Assembly (NCBI GenBank): GCA_030141605.1 | Contig: JAQGDQ010000099.1 | Span: forward strand, 1-11,661 | Direction of reading: 5' to 3' | DNA: 11,661 nt | Source: Tubiluchus corallicola | Lineage: Eukaryota > Animalia > Priapulida | In this document: in pieces, positions 8,830 to 11,661 of the stretch | Layout: every line of letters starts with the position of its first letter | Numbering within the stretch: the first letter of the stretch is position 1 | Notes under the pieces: model-generated | Databases searched by the model: none | Told to the model about the DNA's origin: nothing | The model's input: the letters and a program-made list of their open reading frames with translations, nothing else | Program-made: the position numbers and the translations under genes

Positions 8830-9486
8830 CGTATTGCACACTGCTAAATAGTTACTGAATGACCCTATGTTACACAATGCTAAATAGTTACAGAATGACC
8901 CTGTGTTACACATGCTAAATAGTTACCGAATGATCCTGTGTTGCACACTGCTGAATTGTTACTGAATGACCCTGTGTTGCACACTGCTAAATTGTTACCG
9001 AATGACCCTTTTTTACACACTGCTAAATAGTTACCGAATGACTCCGTATTGCACACTGCTAAATAGTTACTGAATGACCCTATGTTACACAATGCTAAAT
9101 AGTTACAGAATGACCCTGTGTTACACATGCTAAATAGTTACCGAATGATCCTGTGTTGCACACTGCTGAATTGTTACTGAATGACCCTGTGTTGCACACT
9201 GCTAAATTGTTACCGAATGACCCTTTTTTACACACTGCTAAATAGTTACCGAATGACTCCGTATTGCACACTGCTAAATAGTTACTGAATGACCCTATGT
9301 TACACAATGCTAAATAGTTACAGAATGACCCTGTGTTACACATGCTAAATAGTTACAGAATGACACTGTGTTACACAATGCTAAATAGTTGCTGAATGAC
9401 CCTGTGTTACACACTGCTAAACAGTTACAGAATAACCCTTAGTTACACACTCCTAAATAGTTACAGAATGATCCTATGGTGCACAA
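8830..9486. repeat. 36-bp minisatellite (18 full units plus a partial) with 215-bp six-unit higher-order repeat
   Basis: Consensus tgctaaatagttacHgaatgaccctgtgttacacac; unit starts 8842, 8878, 8913, 8949, 8985, 9021, 9057, 9093, 9128, 9164, 9200, 9236, 9272, 9308, 9343, 9379, 9415, 9451. Variants recur exactly every 215 bp (5x36 + 1x35) over ~8830-9356; the two identical track ORFs offset by 215 confirm the period. Confidence 0.97.
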
Positions 9487-9980
9487 TGAACCTTGACACA
9501 CGTCAAACGTGTCAGCTTTTTCATCCAAGCATAGGAAATATGCTATGCTACGAACGACTATCTCCCAACATTCTGAACAGCGAAATTTCGTCAATGAACA
9601 AATATCGTTATCGAACAAAACATCTGTTTTTCGTTTTTCATTATAAAAAAGAAACCGTTTTACAGTTACATCTGACCATTTTTCAACACGGCTTCTCCAC
9701 TATATGCCTCGTAGGTACATTAATATCTACGCCACGAAAGTTAGTCAGCCAACCAGAGACGAGATCTGGATGAGTTGCCCACACCTAACGAGCCAGGCAA
9801 TCATGAATGGAATCTGGATGAGATGACCTCCACGTTTGCAGCTTATGCTCAAATAACATTATGATAATTATTATAATGAACAGAAATTGTTAATAAAGAT
9901 ATTTTGGAAAAGCAAGACTTGTTTTTGAAACAAATTTCTACAGCCTAATTTAGCCTTTAGATAACAGAAAAGAAACTGGC

Positions 9981-9986
9981 TTTATT
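9981..9986 (-). promoter_or_regulatory. Candidate polyadenylation signal (AATAAA) of the HPGD-like gene
   Basis: tttatt on the plus strand, ~140 nt downstream of the minus-strand stop at 10125. Confidence 0.45.
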
Positions 9987-10124
9987 TAATGAATAACGTG
10001 AACATAAGTATTACGGCTCTTAATAATCCAGTCCGTTAATCTGCTGGATGGATGACCACCACACAGTCGCATGGTTAACTACATGACGATAGTTGTACTC
10101 TGATTCTATCTAGCTTGCGTGTTC

Positions 10125-10245
10125 TTATGATTTGTAAAAATTTGGCTGGTGATCTATTTGTTCCCCGTTTTTAAGCTCAACACATATTCCATTAAGATTA
10201 TCATCTTCCACTAACCGAATGAAAGCCGGAGCGACATCTGCTGGC
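10125..10245 (-). CDS. HPGD: Terminal coding exon of a 15-hydroxyprostaglandin dehydrogenase (HPGD)-like short-chain dehydrogenase/reductase
   Basis: Strong minus-strand acceptor gtttctttttcag|G at 10245, then (x)PADVAPAFIRLVEDDNLNGICVELKNGEQIDHQPNFYKS* (TAA 10125-10127). Resembles the human HPGD last exon (D)[24 protein letters not shown] with, as I recall, the same intron position and phase. Only 39 aa are visible, so the symbol means HPGD-like, not proven orthology; no upstream exon was found in the window. Confidence 0.7.
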
Positions 10246-11661
10246 CTGAAAAAGAAACTTCATCAGCGTAGGCATACTTTATACTTGGCAGACAAGTAAA
10301 AATCACTCGCAAGCAGTTTTCTTCACAGCCAACCATCGAATTACTAACTAAACCAGGATTGCTTAAGTTCACAGCGCAGCACACGTTGCACACAGTGAAC
10401 GTCAAGTGTTCTCACCCCAAAGGTTGACTTAACTAGTGATCTGTTAGTAATGGCAAGTGTCCACTAACGCTCATTAATTTTAACACAGAAGCCCCAAGAA
10501 GAATTTCTTCGCGATAACCCAACCAACAAGAAAGTTCATTTCACACAGAAACCACGCGTGTAGTTAGCTCCAACTATCAGTGCCTTTGCACTCGTAAAAA
10601 ATCCTTTATATGATAAAAGATAGATCAAAAACATAACTTTTTAGTGAAAAGCGTTAATTGTTGCTCGTATACTGTTAACAAGCAATTAAGCAGTTAAATT
10701 TTAATGTAAATTCCGCGAGCAAACCTTGCGAAAATGGAACGTACTCCATTTCTACGAAGGGGCAAAATTCTTCAGGAAGAGGACGCATAGCTGACAGTAG
10801 AATTCCTCGCTCGGAAAACTATGAAGAAAATTCCTCATGATGCGTCTGCGTGAAAAGCTTCACAGGTTCCAGTTTCGTGAGTAATTTTTACTTGAGAAAT
10901 TTGCCGCGTGTCCTCTGCCGTGAAAAGAGTCTAATGGTAGTTGCTACAACCTTTAGGCACCTCGCGCAGACATGCAATTTTACTGGTGTACCAAAATCGG
11001 GTGCATAGGTGTGCAATTTTTAATTGTGCAAGAGGCACTATGCAATTCAATTTCGAGGAAATTGCCCACATTTGTACCGTTACTTCCAAAAAGAGAAATA
11101 AAGTTTATAAAACGTGTCAGGTATTCGGCTAATCTACTAATGAAAGGGTGAAAGGACAATTTAATATGCTGTATACCGCCTTACGGGCTAATATGAGTAA
11201 ATTCTATAATTACGTCGACTGACCCTAAGTAGCTTTGATGAACGTTTATACAATTTACAGTTTATATGTTTCCGGGGGCTGGAGTAATATGTGACGGGCC
11301 AGCTGTCATTGTAAATACGTAGCAGTAGGGAGAGAAACGGCAATGGGGTATAATATATAAAATTAATAATGGGTTTGTTAAAAAGTCACACCATAGCAGT
11401 AAACCTGAATACAAGGTGTGATTACAATAAAAATAGAAAAAAGGAGTAAAAAAACACATAAGAGATATTGCATTACTGTAATTACAAGATAAAAATTTGG
11501 AGAAGTGACACCACAAAGTCAATAAAACAGTTTAAAACCAATTGAGACAATAAATCTTTTACTATCATTTAGAAAGAAGTTGCTGATTATTATCTATGGT
11601 TATAATTACAACACGCATTGATGAACATTAACAAATTTCAACATTCTTGGCATTATACTGT

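Noticed and set aside
8830-9486. CRISPR array (36-bp repeats)
   Set aside because: Units are head-to-tail with no unique spacers, there are no cas genes, and the context is intron-containing eukaryotic DNA.
9496-9545. Two small hairpins right of the satellite (tgacacacgtcaaacgtgtca; agcataggaaatatgct) as a Helitron end or terminator
   Set aside because: Stems are only 5-7 bp, no CTRR end follows, and bacterial terminators are irrelevant here.
8880-9773. Track ORFs 8880-9128, 9095-9343 (Cys/Asn repeats) and 9396-9773
   Set aside because: By-products of the 36-bp minisatellite; the 35-bp unit shifts frame every 215 bp, and there is no recognisable domain.
9745-9864. Plus-strand frame DLDELPTPNEPGNHEWNLDEMTSTFAAYAQITL* with repeated atctggatgag
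   Set aside because: No start or strong acceptor, preceded by an in-frame stop, and no family recognised.
10211-10405. 64-aa minus-strand track ORF
   Set aside because: Mostly intron; it crosses the acceptor at 10245 in a different frame from the HPGD-like peptide.
10680-10770. Minus-strand FCPFVE as the upstream HPGD exon (CPGFV motif)
   Set aside because: Surrounding residues do not match the SDR pattern and no compatible phase-2 donor was found; the exon is probably beyond the window.
10953-11041. Weak inverted repeat ggcacctcgcgca / tgcaagaggcac
   Set aside because: Too many mismatches and no matching TSD.

Overview
AT-rich animal (probably invertebrate) genomic DNA, not prokaryotic; the supplied ORF track misses all the real coding sequence. 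(1) 1-~2449, minus strand: 5' part of a BEL/Pao LTR retrotransposon, with a putative 5' LTR (~2112-2449) and a stop-free gag frame of at least 656 codons from ATG 1968 off the window edge. (2) 3151-6210, plus strand: last four coding exons (82/84/83/43 nt, all GT-AG) of an AKR1-family aldo-keto reductase; the retroelement is antisense and probably sits in the preceding intron. (3) 10125-10245, minus strand: terminal coding exon of a 15-hydroxyprostaglandin dehydrogenase (HPGD)-like SDR, convergent on the AKR gene. Introns and the intergenic gap hold MITE-like inverted-repeat elements, a 3x31-bp tandem repeat and an 18-unit 36-bp minisatellite with a perfect 215-bp higher-order repeat that appears to have grown from the subterminal repeat of a MITE-like end. 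No CRISPR, tRNA or rRNA was seen. I cannot demonstrate a new biological system; the best leads are the AKR1/HPGD-like tail-to-tail pair and the satellite's origin. Comparisons with human genes are from memory, not from a search.
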